Origin: an uncultured delta proteobacterium
Lineage (GTDB): Bacteria > Desulfobacterota > Desulfobacteria > Desulfobacterales > QNYZ01
Length of the DNA stretch: 64,000 nt
Direction of reading: 5' to 3'
NCBI GenBank assembly: GCA_963845145.1
Contig: CAWJQU010000003.1
Location: forward strand, 241,476 to 305,475
The translations under genes were made by a program, and so were the position numbers. Below, piece by piece: positions 53,185 to 63,656 of the stretch (position 1 is the stretch's first letter; each line of letters starts with the position of its first letter). The notes below the pieces were generated by a model. The model saw only the letters and a list, made by a program, of their open reading frames with translations. It did no database searches and was not told the DNA's origin.

Positions 53185-54156
53185 ATGACCTTCCCCAGCA
53201 AACGGTTGCGGCGGTTGCGCCAAAACGAAAATTTTCGGCGTTTGGTACGCGAAACCATATTGACCCCCAACGACCTGATTCTGCCCCTTTTTGCCATTGA
53301 CGGAACCGGCGTGAAGGAACCCATCGATTCGATGCCGGGGCAATACCGACTGTCTCCGGACAACATTGTCAAGACAGCCCGGCAGGCGGTTGAACGTCAT
53401 ATTCCGGCCGTGATTCTGTTTGGCATTCCGGATGAAAAAGACCCGGTCGGTACCGGTGCCTATGTGGCCGACGGCATCGTACAAAAAGCCATCATGGAAA
53501 TTAAAGCGGCCCTGCCCGATCTTCTGGTGATCACGGATGTCTGTTTGTGCGAGTATACGGACCATGGTCATTGCGGGGTCGTAGCCGATCAAAAAGTGGA
53601 TAATGATGCCACCTTGTCGCTATTGGCCCAGACCGCCCTGTCGCATGTCAATGCAGGGGCCGACATGGTAGCACCCTCCGACATGATGGACGGTCGGGTG
53701 GGAGCCATCCGGGCCGCCCTGGACGACGACGGTTTTACCGACACCCCCATCATGGCCTACGCCGCCAAATACTGCTCATCCTATTACGGCCCCTTTCGAA
53801 GCGCCGTGGATTCGGCCCCCCAATTCGGTGATCGCCGCACCTACCAGATGGATCCGGCCAATACCGATGAAGCGATGCGAGAGGTCTCCCTTGATATTGA
53901 AGAAGGGGCGGACATCATCATGGTTAAACCGGCACTGGCCTTTCTCGATATCATTTACAGGGTTCGAAATACCATCGATCTTCCTGTAGCCGCCTATAAT
54001 GTCAGCGGCGAGTATGCCATGATCAAAGCCGCAGCCCAACTCGGCTGGCTGGACGGGCAACGGGTGATGATGGAAACGTTAACGGCTATTAAACGCGCCG
54101 GGGCTGACATGATCTTAACCTACTTTGCCATAGAAGCAGCAGAGATCTTAAATTAA
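53185..54156 (+). CDS. hemB: Porphobilinogen synthase
   Basis: [39 protein letters not shown]. Confidence 0.97.
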   Translation: MTFPSKRLRRLRQNENFRRLVRETILTPNDLILPLFAIDGTGVKEPIDSMPGQYRLSPDNIVKTARQAVERHIPAVILFGIPDEKDPVGTGAYVADGIVQKAIMEIKAALPDLLVITDVCLCEYTDHGHCGVVADQKVDNDATLSLLAQTALSHVNAGADMVAPSDMMDGRVGAIRAALDDDGFTDTPIMAYAAKYCSSYYGPFRSAVDSAPQFGDRRTYQMDPANTDEAMREVSLDIEEGADIIMVKPALAFLDIIYRVRNTIDLPVAAYNVSGEYAMIKAAAQLGWLDGQRVMMETLTAIKRAGADMILTYFAIEAAEILN

Positions 54157-54232
54157 TTAAGCATATTACAAATATTTCTTAAACTTATGGATAATATTCT
54201 TAAAAACGACAAATTCAGCGAGGTCTTCAGCC

Positions 54233-55387
54233 ATGAAGCCTGAGTCACAACCTAATAACGGTCACACTTCGGATGCGCATCCTTCTCATGGGACGACACC
54301 GGACGGACATGAACCCGATGCCAATAAGAAAAAGGATGCCGCGCTTCGGCTGGTGGCCTGGGAAACCACACGCAACTGCAATCTCGCCTGCGTTCATTGC
54401 CGCGCTTCGGCAACACGCGGCCCATATGAAGGTGAGTTAGACACCCCCGCCTCTTTGCGTCTGTTGGATGACATCGCCAAGGTGGGAAAACCCATTGTCA
54501 TTTTAACCGGTGGCGAACCCTTATTGAGAAGCGACATTTTTGATCTCGCCCATTACGGGACCCAGCTGGGACTGCGAATGGTCATGGCTTGTAACGGTAC
54601 CCTGGTGGATGAGCCCACCGCCGGTAAAATGGCAGAGAGCGGTATCAAACGCATCAGTGTCAGCTTAGACGGTGCGGCGGCCGAGTCGCATGATGCTTTT
54701 CGCGGCGTTCCCGGCGCTTTCCAAGGTGCTTTGCGCGGATTGGAAAATGCGAAAAAAGCAGGAATCGAATTTCAGATCAATACCACCATCACCCAGGATA
54801 ATCTCGACCATATTCAGGACATCCTCGATCTGGCCGTGGATCTGGGCGCCGTAGCCCATCATATTTTTCTTTTGGTACCTACCGGCCGAGGCAAATACAT
54901 CATCGATAAGGCCATTGACGCCGCTCAATATGAAGAGACGCTCAATTGGTTTTACGATCAACGGGAAAAGGTCCCTCTCCAATTGAAGGCGACGTGCGCC
55001 CCCCATTACTATCGTATTTTAAGGCAACGGGCACACGAAGAGGGCAAGAAAATTACCTTTCAGTCCCACGGCCTTGATGCGGTGACCCGGGGTTGTCTTG
55101 GGGGAATCGGTTTTTGTTTTGTATCCCATGTCGGGACTGTTCAACCCTGCGGATTTCTGGACTTAAACTGTGGGAATGTTTCCCAAACAAGCTTTGTTGA
55201 CATCTGGCGCAGTGCCAATGTATTTGAAAATCTTCGTAACTATGACGAATTGACGGGTAAATGCGGCCCCTGCGAGTATAAACGGGTGTGCGGCGGCTGC
55301 CGGGCCCGGGCTTACGAGGCGACCGGCGACTATATGACCGAAGAACCGTTGTGCGACTATCAACCGGCCCGTCAAATAAAAAAGTAA
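54233..55387 (+). CDS. ahbD: Radical SAM heme b synthase
   Basis: AWETTRNCNLACVHCRA, HHIFLLVPTGRG, KATCAPHYYR, CGGCRARA. Confidence 0.92.
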   Translation: MKPESQPNNGHTSDAHPSHGTTPDGHEPDANKKKDAALRLVAWETTRNCNLACVHCRASATRGPYEGELDTPASLRLLDDIAKVGKPIVILTGGEPLLRSDIFDLAHYGTQLGLRMVMACNGTLVDEPTAGKMAESGIKRISVSLDGAAAESHDAFRGVPGAFQGALRGLENAKKAGIEFQINTTITQDNLDHIQDILDLAVDLGAVAHHIFLLVPTGRGKYIIDKAIDAAQYEETLNWFYDQREKVPLQLKATCAPHYYRILRQRAHEEGKKITFQSHGLDAVTRGCLGGIGFCFVSHVGTVQPCGFLDLNCGNVSQTSFVDIWRSANVFENLRNYDELTGKCGPCEYKRVCGGCRARAYEATGDYMTEEPLCDYQPARQIKK

Positions 55388-55406
55388 CGCGTATCAAGGA
55401 GATTGT

Positions 55407-56255
55407 ATGAAAAAGATTTCTATGTCGGCCATGGCGATGATCGCCATCCTCATCCTGACCGCGCCGTTTGCTGTGGCTGAAGTAAAATGGAGAATTGATA
55501 AGACCCTCACCCTTGAACAAGAGCCGGTGGATACCGCAGCTTCCGTCAACGGAAAATGGATGTTTGTTTTGACCCAGGCGGGAGCCCTTCAAATATACAA
55601 AGCGGACGGCACGCTTCGTGACACCATCACGGTGGGGACCCATGTGGATGGCATTCGGACCGGGGCGGAGGAAAATATACTCTATCTGCAAAGCCGGGGC
55701 AAAAAGACCGTTGAAACCCTCTTTCTCGATTTCATCCACGAATTTGACCTGACGGGATCACCATTTAAGGGACCTGCGGATGCACCGGTCACCATCGTGG
55801 AGTTTTCCGATTTTCAATGCGCCTATTGCAGCCGTCTGGTGGGATTGTTAGATCAGGTGTTGAAAAAAAATCCCGATACCGTAAAGCTGGTATTTAAGCA
55901 CTTTCCTTTGTCCAACCATAAATTCGCCCTTAAAGCGGCCATTGCCTCCATGGTTGCCAATGGAGAGGGAAAATTTTGGTCTTACCATGACGAATTGTTT
56001 AAAAACTATAACCGTATAAATGATGAGAAAATTACGGAGATAACCCAACAGCTGAACTTTGATCCGAAGACTTTTGACGAAAAGACAAAAAACCCCTCCC
56101 TGCTCAACCAAGTCAAAAAGGATTACCAACAAGGGGTCGATGCCGGGGTTCGGGGGACCCCCACGGTATATATTAATGGCGAAATTGTTCGGGATCGTTC
56201 TTTAACCGGAATTCAGGCCATGATCGATGCCGCTTTGAAAAAGGCGAAAAAATAG
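55407..56255 (+). CDS. Secreted DsbA/thioredoxin-fold protein with extra N-terminal beta domain
   Basis: Signal peptide, EFSDFQCAYC, KHFPL, GTPT. Confidence 0.88.
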   Translation: MKKISMSAMAMIAILILTAPFAVAEVKWRIDKTLTLEQEPVDTAASVNGKWMFVLTQAGALQIYKADGTLRDTITVGTHVDGIRTGAEENILYLQSRGKKTVETLFLDFIHEFDLTGSPFKGPADAPVTIVEFSDFQCAYCSRLVGLLDQVLKKNPDTVKLVFKHFPLSNHKFALKAAIASMVANGEGKFWSYHDELFKNYNRINDEKITEITQQLNFDPKTFDEKTKNPSLLNQVKKDYQQGVDAGVRGTPTVYINGEIVRDRSLTGIQAMIDAALKKAKK

Positions 56256-56299
56256 ACCTGAAAGCAGACGCCACCTTATTCTATTTTCAGGAAACGGCC

Positions 56300-56590
56300 A
56301 TGATCCAACCCCAAACCGAAAATGGTGACTGCTCCCGGGAAGCGACTATCGTCAATGAACTGGGCCTGCATGCACGCTCGGCCGCTAAAATAGTGGCCCT
56401 GGCCGGTAAAGCCGTCCATGGGGTCTGGCTTCTCGCCGATGCAGAAGAGATAGATGCCACCAGTACTTTGGACATTCTGACGCTGTATCGTCCCAAGGGT
56501 AGCAAACTGAAAATTCGGATTGAAAATCCCGTTGACCGGCCCATACTGAACGCCATTGCGCGATTGATTAAAGATGGATTCGGAGAATAG
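56300..56590 (+). CDS. ptsH: HPr phosphocarrier protein
   Basis: NELGLHARSAA, DATS, GFGE. Confidence 0.88.
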   Translation: MIQPQTENGDCSREATIVNELGLHARSAAKIVALAGKAVHGVWLLADAEEIDATSTLDILTLYRPKGSKLKIRIENPVDRPILNAIARLIKDGFGE

Positions 56591-56597
56591 TACGCCA

Positions 56598-58403
56598 ATG
56601 ATCACCAGCGATATGCAAAATCAAGAAACAGCCATTGAACAAATTACCATCACCGGTATTGGTGCCTCACCCGGAATCTGTATCGGCAAAGCCTACCTGG
56701 TCGATACCGAAGGGGTTGACGTCGTCAAACGCTATTTTATCGAAGAAGACCAACTGGTGGACGAAATCAATCGATTCAAGACCGCTGTTAAGAAAACCAA
56801 TGATGAACTTCAAACCCTCATCGATTCATCCAAGGACAAATTTAACGGTCATGCCCCCATTCTGGAAACCAACCAGGCGCTTTTAAAAGACAAGATGCTT
56901 TTCGGCAGAACCATCGAAATCATTGAAAAAGAGCGGATCAATGCGGAATGGTCGTTAAAAAAAGTCGTCGGCAAGCTCAAAACCATGTTCCAGGAGATCG
57001 ATGATCCCTACCTGAAGGAACGTAGCGTCGACGTAACCCAGTTGGTCGATTGGATATTGCGAAACCTGGTGGGTATCGATTCGATCAATATTGCCGAAAT
57101 TAACAAACGGGTGATCCTGATAGCCAGCGACCTAACCCCGGCGGAAACGAGCCAGATTAACCTCGAACGCATTAAGGGGTTTATCACCGACCGGGGCGGC
57201 ATGACCTCCCACACCGGCATCATTGCCCGAACGCTTCAAATCCCGGCCGTTATTGGCGTGGCAAATGCCACCCAAACGATCCAAAACGATGACCTGCTCG
57301 TGGTCGATGGTTTTCAGGGACTCGTGATAGTGCACCCCTCCGAGCAGACCATCATCGAATACGAGGAATTGCGATATCGATACGATCAATTCAAGGCCGA
57401 AATCGTTCGCGACAGTCTCTGCGAAGCCCGGACAGCGGATGGGGTTAATGTTAAAATCATGGGCAATATCGAGCTGCCTGAAGAAGTCGTTGCCGTAAAC
57501 GACAACGGTGGTGACGGCATCGGGTTGTACCGCACCGAATTCCAATATATGAGGGGGTTAGGCTACCCTACTGAAGACGAATTGTTCGATAAATACCGCG
57601 ACGTGGTGGAGGTGATGTCCCCTAAACCCGTAACCATTCGAACCCTGGATATCAACGGCGATAAAGCGATAACCGGCGCCAAGGATACCGTTGAAGCCAA
57701 TCCGGCGCTGGGTTTGCGCGGGATTCGGTACTGTCTGCAGCGTCCGGACATTTTTAGTACCCAATTGCGGGCAATTTTAAGAGCGGCCGCCTATGGCGAG
57801 GTCCGCTTACTGCTTCCCATGATATCCAATTGCGCCGAAATTGAAGAAACCAGGCGCTTAATCGATGAGGCCGCCATTGAACTCAAAGCCCGGAAGGTCA
57901 AATTTAACCAGGACATCAAAGTCGGTATTATGATCGAAGTACCGGCGGCAGTGATCATGGCGGATGTGCTGGCCGAAAAGGTCGATTTTTTCAGCATCGG
58001 CACCAACGACCTGATCCAGTATACCCTGGCCATCGATCGCGGTAACCGTGATGTGGCCCACCTGTATCACCCTTTGCACCCGGCCGTGTTACGATTGCTC
58101 AAACAGGTCACTTGCGTGGCCAAAGAAAAGAAAATAGACATTTATATGTGCGGAGAAATGGCCGGGGACTTAGCCAATATCCCCATATTATTGGGACTGG
58201 AGTTGGATGAGTTGAGCATGAACCCCCAGGCAATACCGGCAGTGAAATGTTTCATTCGTTCCCTGGACCTAAGTGATACCAAGACGTTTCTCGATGATGT
58301 ATATAAACAACGCTCAGCCAAGGATGTTTGCCGTCTCATCTACGAGCGTTATGGCGATCTCATTTCCCGCATGAAAATCTCCACACCGACTCCAGGCAAA
58401 TAA
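56598..58403 (+). CDS. ptsI: PEP-protein phosphotransferase, enzyme I (start uncertain)
   Basis: TSHTGI, GIGLYRTEF, EANPALGLRG, SIGTNDLIQY, CGEMAG. Confidence 0.95.
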   Translation: MITSDMQNQETAIEQITITGIGASPGICIGKAYLVDTEGVDVVKRYFIEEDQLVDEINRFKTAVKKTNDELQTLIDSSKDKFNGHAPILETNQALLKDKMLFGRTIEIIEKERINAEWSLKKVVGKLKTMFQEIDDPYLKERSVDVTQLVDWILRNLVGIDSINIAEINKRVILIASDLTPAETSQINLERIKGFITDRGGMTSHTGIIARTLQIPAVIGVANATQTIQNDDLLVVDGFQGLVIVHPSEQTIIEYEELRYRYDQFKAEIVRDSLCEARTADGVNVKIMGNIELPEEVVAVNDNGGDGIGLYRTEFQYMRGLGYPTEDELFDKYRDVVEVMSPKPVTIRTLDINGDKAITGAKDTVEANPALGLRGIRYCLQRPDIFSTQLRAILRAAAYGEVRLLLPMISNCAEIEETRRLIDEAAIELKARKVKFNQDIKVGIMIEVPAAVIMADVLAEKVDFFSIGTNDLIQYTLAIDRGNRDVAHLYHPLHPAVLRLLKQVTCVAKEKKIDIYMCGEMAGDLANIPILLGLELDELSMNPQAIPAVKCFIRSLDLSDTKTFLDDVYKQRSAKDVCRLIYERYGDLISRMKISTPTPGK

Positions 58404-58537
58404 ACCCATTGAAGGCGCTAAATACACCGACCGCTTCGAACGCCATGAACACAATAAACGCTACCAACTCTATGAACTCAACGAACTCCATAAACTCTAT
58501 GAACTCCATGAACTCTATGAACCCTATCAACTCGAGA
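58403..58537 (+). repeat. Degenerate AAC-initiated 9-bp tandem array filling the ptsI-smpB gap
   Basis: aactctatg/aactccatg/aactcaacg/aaccctatc; 11 clear units from 58439; reverse complement of the 30541 array type. Confidence 0.85.
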
Positions 58538-58547
58538 CCTACAACCC

Positions 58548-59015
58548 ATGGCCCAAGAATCGATTAAAATAGTCTCGGAAAATCGCAAGGCCCGGCATGA
58601 TTACTTCATTGATGACACCTTTGAAGCCGGCTTGGTTTTAAAAGGCACCGAGGTCAAAGCCCTTCGCATAGGCAGTTGCAACCTAAGGGATGCCTACGCC
58701 CGGATCAAAAACGGGGAGGTCTATCTCCACCAGGTACATATCGGTGAATACCCTTTTGCCTACTACGGCAACCACGAACCCCGGCGTCCCCGCAAACTGC
58801 TGTTGCACAAACGCGAAATCAAAAAACTTTACGGCAAGATCAATGAAAAAGGGTTGTCGCTGATCCCCTTGAGAATCTACTTTAAAAGTGGAAAAGCCAA
58901 AGTCCTCCTGGCCCTGGCCCGGGGCAAGCGAAAATACGACAAACGCAATTCCATTCGACGTCGTGAAGAAAATCGGGATTTGGATCGGCAACGGCGGCAC
59001 TATGGGGTCAAATAA
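58548..59015 (+). CDS. smpB: SsrA-binding protein
   Basis: NRKARHDY, EAGLVLKGTEVKALR, RKLLLHKREI, GKRKYDKR. Confidence 0.97.
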   Translation: MAQESIKIVSENRKARHDYFIDDTFEAGLVLKGTEVKALRIGSCNLRDAYARIKNGEVYLHQVHIGEYPFAYYGNHEPRRPRKLLLHKREIKKLYGKINEKGLSLIPLRIYFKSGKAKVLLALARGKRKYDKRNSIRRREENRDLDRQRRHYGVK

Positions 59016-59306
59016 CGCTACGATTCCAAAAATTCTCAACATCCGTGTTACGATCTATTCCATGTTTACGAGGCCTAAATCGTTTTTTTGAATGGCAGGG
59101 TATTAAGGGGGCTATCCCCCATCTGACCTGTACCATCCCTTCCAATTTACATTACGAAGCCGCATTTCTCCATCTTCATCCCTAAGAGCATCAATGGGCT
59201 CCGGTGGCCAATACCATGATGTTATGGAACTACCATCCGTGCAATATTATTGAAATACCATACATGCAGCTTGATTTTTCATGTTAAAAATGATAGGATC
59301 GCTTTC

Positions 59307-60461
59307 ATGAAAAGAATTACACGCCCAGTTGATGAAAAATTGATTGAAAATTACATTCAGACCTTCCCGGTGACTGCGATATTGGGCCCCCGCCAGTGTG
59401 GAAAGACGGTATTGGCCCGGAATTTTAAATATGATTACTATTTTGACCTTGAAAATCCCCGAGATGAAGCGCAACTGGAAAACCCTCAAATTGCCTTGGA
59501 AGATCTTAGGGGTCTGATTATTATTGATGAAATTCAGCGGCAGCCGAATTTGTTTCCCCTGTTACGTCATCTCGTTGATAACCAGGCAGAGCAGAAATAT
59601 TTGATACTGGGGAGTGCCTCCCGCGACTTGATCCGTCAGAGTTCAGAATCACTTGCAGGACGGATTGGTTTCTACTATCTAGGCGGATTTCGCTTTCATG
59701 ATATTGGGCAGGAAAATATAAATCGGTTATGGATTCGGGGTACAATGCCGGATTCCTATCTTGCAATGAATGAACCCCAAAGTGGCCTGTGGCGAGAAAA
59801 TTACATCGCGACATTTTTGGAACGAGATATCCCCCAACTCGGTATCAGCATTCCATCCCGAACCCTCCGCCGATTTTGGACCATGATAGCGCATTATCAT
59901 GGTCAGGTTTTAAATTTTTCAGAGTTGGGCCGCTCGTTTGGTATTTCAGACATGACCGTCCGCAAGTACGTCGATATCCTGGAGGGAACCTTCATGGTGC
60001 GCTGCCTGCAGCCATGGCATGAAAATCTTAAAAAGCGTCAGGTCAAATCGCCGAAATTATACTTGAGGGATTCCGGCCTCTTTCACTGGTTAATGGATAT
60101 TGAAAATTTTCAACAACTCGATAGACATCCGAAGTTAGGTGCCTCCTGGGAGGGTTTCGCATTGGAGTGCGCATGTAGAAGTATCGGCAAAAGCAGTGAA
60201 AATTTCTTTTTCTGGAAAATTCATTCCGGTTCAGAACTTGACTTATTCTGGAACCATGGAGGAAAAAGATGGGGGATTGAATTTAAATATACCGATGCAC
60301 CGAAAAAAACACGGTCCATGTCCATAGTAATGAACGATTTGGGTCTGGATCATCTCTGGACCCTGTATCCAGGTAAGCAATCTTATCGTTTGGCAGATAA
60401 TATGACAGTCCTGCCACTATCAGAGGTGCCCGTTTCCTGGAAATACCCGAGTAGGGTTTGA
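59307..60461 (+). CDS. AAA_14 / DUF4143 ATP-binding protein
   Basis: GPRQCGKT, IIDEIQR, LGSAS, KSPKLYLRDSG, ELDL...GIEFK. Confidence 0.88.
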   Translation: MKRITRPVDEKLIENYIQTFPVTAILGPRQCGKTVLARNFKYDYYFDLENPRDEAQLENPQIALEDLRGLIIIDEIQRQPNLFPLLRHLVDNQAEQKYLILGSASRDLIRQSSESLAGRIGFYYLGGFRFHDIGQENINRLWIRGTMPDSYLAMNEPQSGLWRENYIATFLERDIPQLGISIPSRTLRRFWTMIAHYHGQVLNFSELGRSFGISDMTVRKYVDILEGTFMVRCLQPWHENLKKRQVKSPKLYLRDSGLFHWLMDIENFQQLDRHPKLGASWEGFALECACRSIGKSSENFFFWKIHSGSELDLFWNHGGKRWGIEFKYTDAPKKTRSMSIVMNDLGLDHLWTLYPGKQSYRLADNMTVLPLSEVPVSWKYPSRV

Positions 60462-60614
60462 TTTAGGAAAATTAATCGTAAGACGGCACGGCGACTTGGT
60501 GTGACAAGCGCTGCAGTAAATATATTTTTAGATAACCGAGATAGTTTGAGTTTGAAAAATACCATTTTCGGTTAGTGAAATGCCCAAATGGCATTCTTTG
60601 AGAATCACAGATGG

Positions 60615-60643
60615 TTGACATTTCAGCCCTACAGGCTTACTTT
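60615..60643 (+). promoter_or_regulatory. Sigma70 promoter of ssrA
   Basis: TTGACA-17 nt-TACTTT, 45 nt upstream of the mature 5' end. Confidence 0.65.
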
Positions 60644-60687
60644 ACTGCTTAATACAGCTCTTTTATATATACCCATTCTTAAAAAAT

Positions 60688-61042
60688 GGGGGCGAAACGG
60701 CTTCGACGGGGATACAGAAGCATTGGTTGCATACCGAGGTTCCTGCCTGCTCGTAAAACGGTGGGAAGTAACATAATCGCAGACGATTATGAATTAGCCC
60801 TGGCCGCTTAATTAGGCCAGCGTCCTTTAGAGTTACTCCTGCGGATTCTAAAAGGACGTCGACTAGCAGGATAGCCTATTCTTACTCTGCCTGTGGTAGA
60901 AATGGCGAAATATAGCGGGCTAAGCTTTCAAGTACCCAGCCCGGAGGGGATTTGAAAGACAAAAATTAAATTCCGGAATAAGTATGTAGACGCCTGTGTG
61001 GACTATTTTCGGACGCGGGTTCGACTCCCGCCGCCTCCACCA
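60688..61042 (+). ncRNA. ssrA: tmRNA; tag (A)ADDYELALAA at 60779-60811
   Basis: 5' GGGGGCG...TTCGAC; 3' GCGGGTTCGACTCCCGCCGCCTCCACCA; tag ORF ends in ALAA*; smpB nearby. Confidence 0.96.
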
Positions 61043-61117
61043 CGCTTCGCCCTTCGGGCTACGCGTGGCAGGCCACGATTTGACAATCATGGCCAAAATG
61101 ATCAATTCCCTCTATAG

Positions 61118-61366
61118 ACGAGAAGCGTCTATCTGCTGCGAAGTATTCCATATCCGGAACAAACATATATCGGATACACTACAGACCTCAAAAGCAGATT
61201 AAAAGCGCGCAACAACGGACAATCCCCCCACACCTCAAAATACAAACCCTGGAATTTGATAACCTATCTCGCCTTCACGGATAAATCCAAAGCACTTAGC
61301 TTTGAAAAATATCTGAAATCCCATTCAGGCAAAGCCTTCGCAAACAAGCGATTGTGGTCAGAATAG
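61118..61366 (+). pseudogene. Small GIY-YIG nuclease lacking a start codon
   Basis: VYLLRS...TYIGYTTDLKSRLKARNNG...TSKYKPW...FEKYLKSHSG; ACG where ATG is expected, directly after an in-frame TAG; not in ORF track. Confidence 0.8.
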
Positions 61367-61681
61367 ATCCCATCATTTTGATATTTTTAGAAATAATCTG
61401 TATCGACGAAAAATGAAATATGCCTGATAGATGAATTGAAAGCCACCGTAGACAAGGCAAAAGCAAGAGCCTATTTTGAGGCATTGGAAGGCCAGGAGCT
61501 TCCACTGTTTAAAGTAAATATTAAAACCGCCAATTTACTTCAGGATTTTATCATTCAGGGTGGCTTTACGCTTGAGCTTTCCGCCGGTTAATACATGGCA
61601 TGTCCCGCAGGAAAGGCGGAGGATGGGGCGAATCAGAAGGTCCGTCAAACGAAGCATTTGGTCAAAATATCAGGATTAAGC

Positions 61682-62105
61682 ATGAAAAAGGATAAATACA
61701 AAAATGAACAAAATGCCGGGCAACAAGAAACTTCCATCGTTCGCTCCTCGGCGGCCGAATACCTTACCTTTGTAGCGGCAACCGGCAAGGGCGGTGTTGA
61801 GGCGGTTTATGCGGATGAAAACATCTGGCTGACACAAAAAATGATGGCCACGCTCTATGACGTCGATGTTAGAACACCAATTATCACCTTAAAAAAATTT
61901 TCAGTGATAGTGAATTACAGGAAGATTCAGTTATCCGAAATTTTCGGATAACTGCCGCTGACGGCAAAAATTACAACACCAAACACTATAATCTTTCGGC
62001 CATTATTGCGGTCGGTTATAAGGTCAATTCGGAACGGGCCGTACAGTTCCGGAAATGGGCGACACCATTATAAAGGAATACACCATCAAGGCTTACGTGA
62101 TGGAT
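61682..62105 (+). pseudogene. RhuM-family protein, two frameshifts and 3' truncation
   Basis: IWLTQKMMATLY / NYHLKKIF...DGKNYNTKHYNLSAIIAVGYKVNSERAVQFRKWA / IKEYTIK; shifts near 61877 and 62064. Confidence 0.85.
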
Positions 62106-62258
62106 TGCCCAATATTATACTGCTCGGTCAAATTGAGGTGTGCCCTAAGATATCATACCGGGGAATATACCTATCACATGTCCCCACAGTCTGAATGTAG
62201 CTTGCTATCTCATTGATATGTCGCTTAAATTATAGCTATTACGATTTATAGTAGAAAT

Positions 62259-62329
62259 CTATAACGTGCAGATGAGGCTTCCCAATGGAGCGTAGCGGAA
62301 TTAGGATAGCTTCTATCTGCCTGTTGGCA
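62259..62329 (-). mobile_element. Integron attC recombination site
   Basis: Minus strand TGCCAAC-AG-GCAGAT-A-GAAGCT-A-TCCTAAT-TCCGCTACGCTCC-ATTGGGA-AGCCTC-ATCTGC-AC-GTTATAG: AAC/GTT cores, paired arms, two extrahelical bases on the 5' arm. Confidence 0.78.
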
Positions 62330-62387
62330 AATCCTGTTGTTACTTCTCTGGCGCTGCCTGAATGGCAGTCACATCCCTGATCGACAG

Positions 62388-63656
62388 CTACTCGAATTCG
62401 ATCGTTGCCGGTGGTTTGATGCTGATATCGTACGCCACCCTCGACGCGCCGGTGTGCGCGGCAATTTTCTTGCCTATCTCAAAGAGCGCCGCCTCGTCTA
62501 TCCGGACCGGACGCGCCAGCTTTGCGGCCGCGCTCTCGACCGCCCGCATACCGACGACGTACCTGGTTTTCGGCGCATCGTTCGCGCAAATCTCGAGAAG
62601 AATGCGCGGAAGCTCGAGCTTACTCCACGCCTCGACACAGAGAGCGTTCAGTTTGTCATAGTCGATATCGCCGTCTACCTTTATCCACGAGACAGGTTTG
62701 TATATAGGAATCTCGGGGCGCGTTCCCTCTTCGGGGACAACCGTCGTCTGGCTATCCATTTTGAAGCACTCCGCGTTCGCGTCGAGAGTGCTGCGGGCCA
62801 GGTCTGCCAGGACCGGATCGGGCTCCATGTTCGGGTCGAGCGCCATTCCGAAGTACTGAAAGGGCGTCCGGATGCCGGTAGCTTCGTCGTAAAGGTAGGG
62901 TTTACCGTGTTTCTCAGTGTAGTACTTCTCAATCTCCTGCTCGATGATGTCGGACGCGAGCTGGCCCGTAAGGAGCTTCTCTTCAGTGAATTCGCCGACA
63001 GTTCTGATGATTTGCGCGGGACCGGGACAGGGGATCCGATGCGTGAATGACGGAGGGAGGTCGAGGTACTCGCCGACCCTCCTGACCTGAGGCTTCGCGA
63101 GCGACGCCAGCGGCTCAATCTTCCCAACAGAGTAATTCCAGCCTACGTTATGCTGGCTCTTGAAGCCGCCTTCGGTTTCGATAATGTCCGGCGCGATCGT
63201 GCCGTCCGCGATCCAGGAGGCGCCTACCTGGCCAATATACCTATCTGATACTTTCCTGTAGTTGCCGATAAACGTCTTGCGTTTCTCTTCACCGTCGGAA
63301 AGCCCCACCAGTGGCGGAAGAATCTCGTCCCTCACCTCCAGGACCGTGAAGTTCAGTTTGCTGAAGATCTCACGCGTGACTTCCCCCTCGGGCGCGTCGT
63401 TTATGAGGCGACGGCAACCGTCTTCAATGAAGAATGCATGGAGGTCTTTGCCGACGATACGGTCGAGGAGAAACGCGGCGATCGTACTGTCGACGCCCCC
63501 GGACGCGGAGAGAGCGATTTTCTCGCCCGGTTTCACCAGGCTTTTCACCCAGGAAATCGCTTTCTCAACAAAGTCCGCGGGATTGAAATCTGCGGGATTC
63601 TCGGGAGTGGCGTATTCAAATCTGTGCGTCTGGATCTTGTTGGCCTGAGTCGACAT
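62388..63656 (-). CDS. Archaeal-type GMP synthase ATP-pyrophosphatase subunit (no glutaminase domain), 422 aa
   Basis: SGGVDS PP-loop, EEKRK, GTIAPDIIE, KSQHNV, PCPGP, RAVES, KPPATIEFE; AGGAGG RBS. Confidence 0.85.
   Translation of the reverse strand: MSTQANKIQTHRFEYATPENPADFNPADFVEKAISWVKSLVKPGEKIALSASGGVDSTIAAFLLDRIVGKDLHAFFIEDGCRRLINDAPEGEVTREIFSKLNFTVLEVRDEILPPLVGLSDGEEKRKTFIGNYRKVSDRYIGQVGASWIADGTIAPDIIETEGGFKSQHNVGWNYSVGKIEPLASLAKPQVRRVGEYLDLPPSFTHRIPCPGPAQIIRTVGEFTEEKLLTGQLASDIIEQEIEKYYTEKHGKPYLYDEATGIRTPFQYFGMALDPNMEPDPVLADLARSTLDANAECFKMDSQTTVVPEEGTRPEIPIYKPVSWIKVDGDIDYDKLNALCVEAWSKLELPRILLEICANDAPKTRYVVGMRAVESAAAKLARPVRIDEAALFEIGKKIAAHTGASRVAYDISIKPPATIEFE

Noticed and set aside
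58328..58567. 79-aa ORF with NSMNS repeats; AAC-rich DGR template
   Set aside because: Translation of the 9-bp array overlapping ptsI and smpB; no reverse transcriptase or TR/VR pair in the window
60588..61202. Short ORFs around ssrA
   Set aside because: They overlap the tmRNA gene and its promoter
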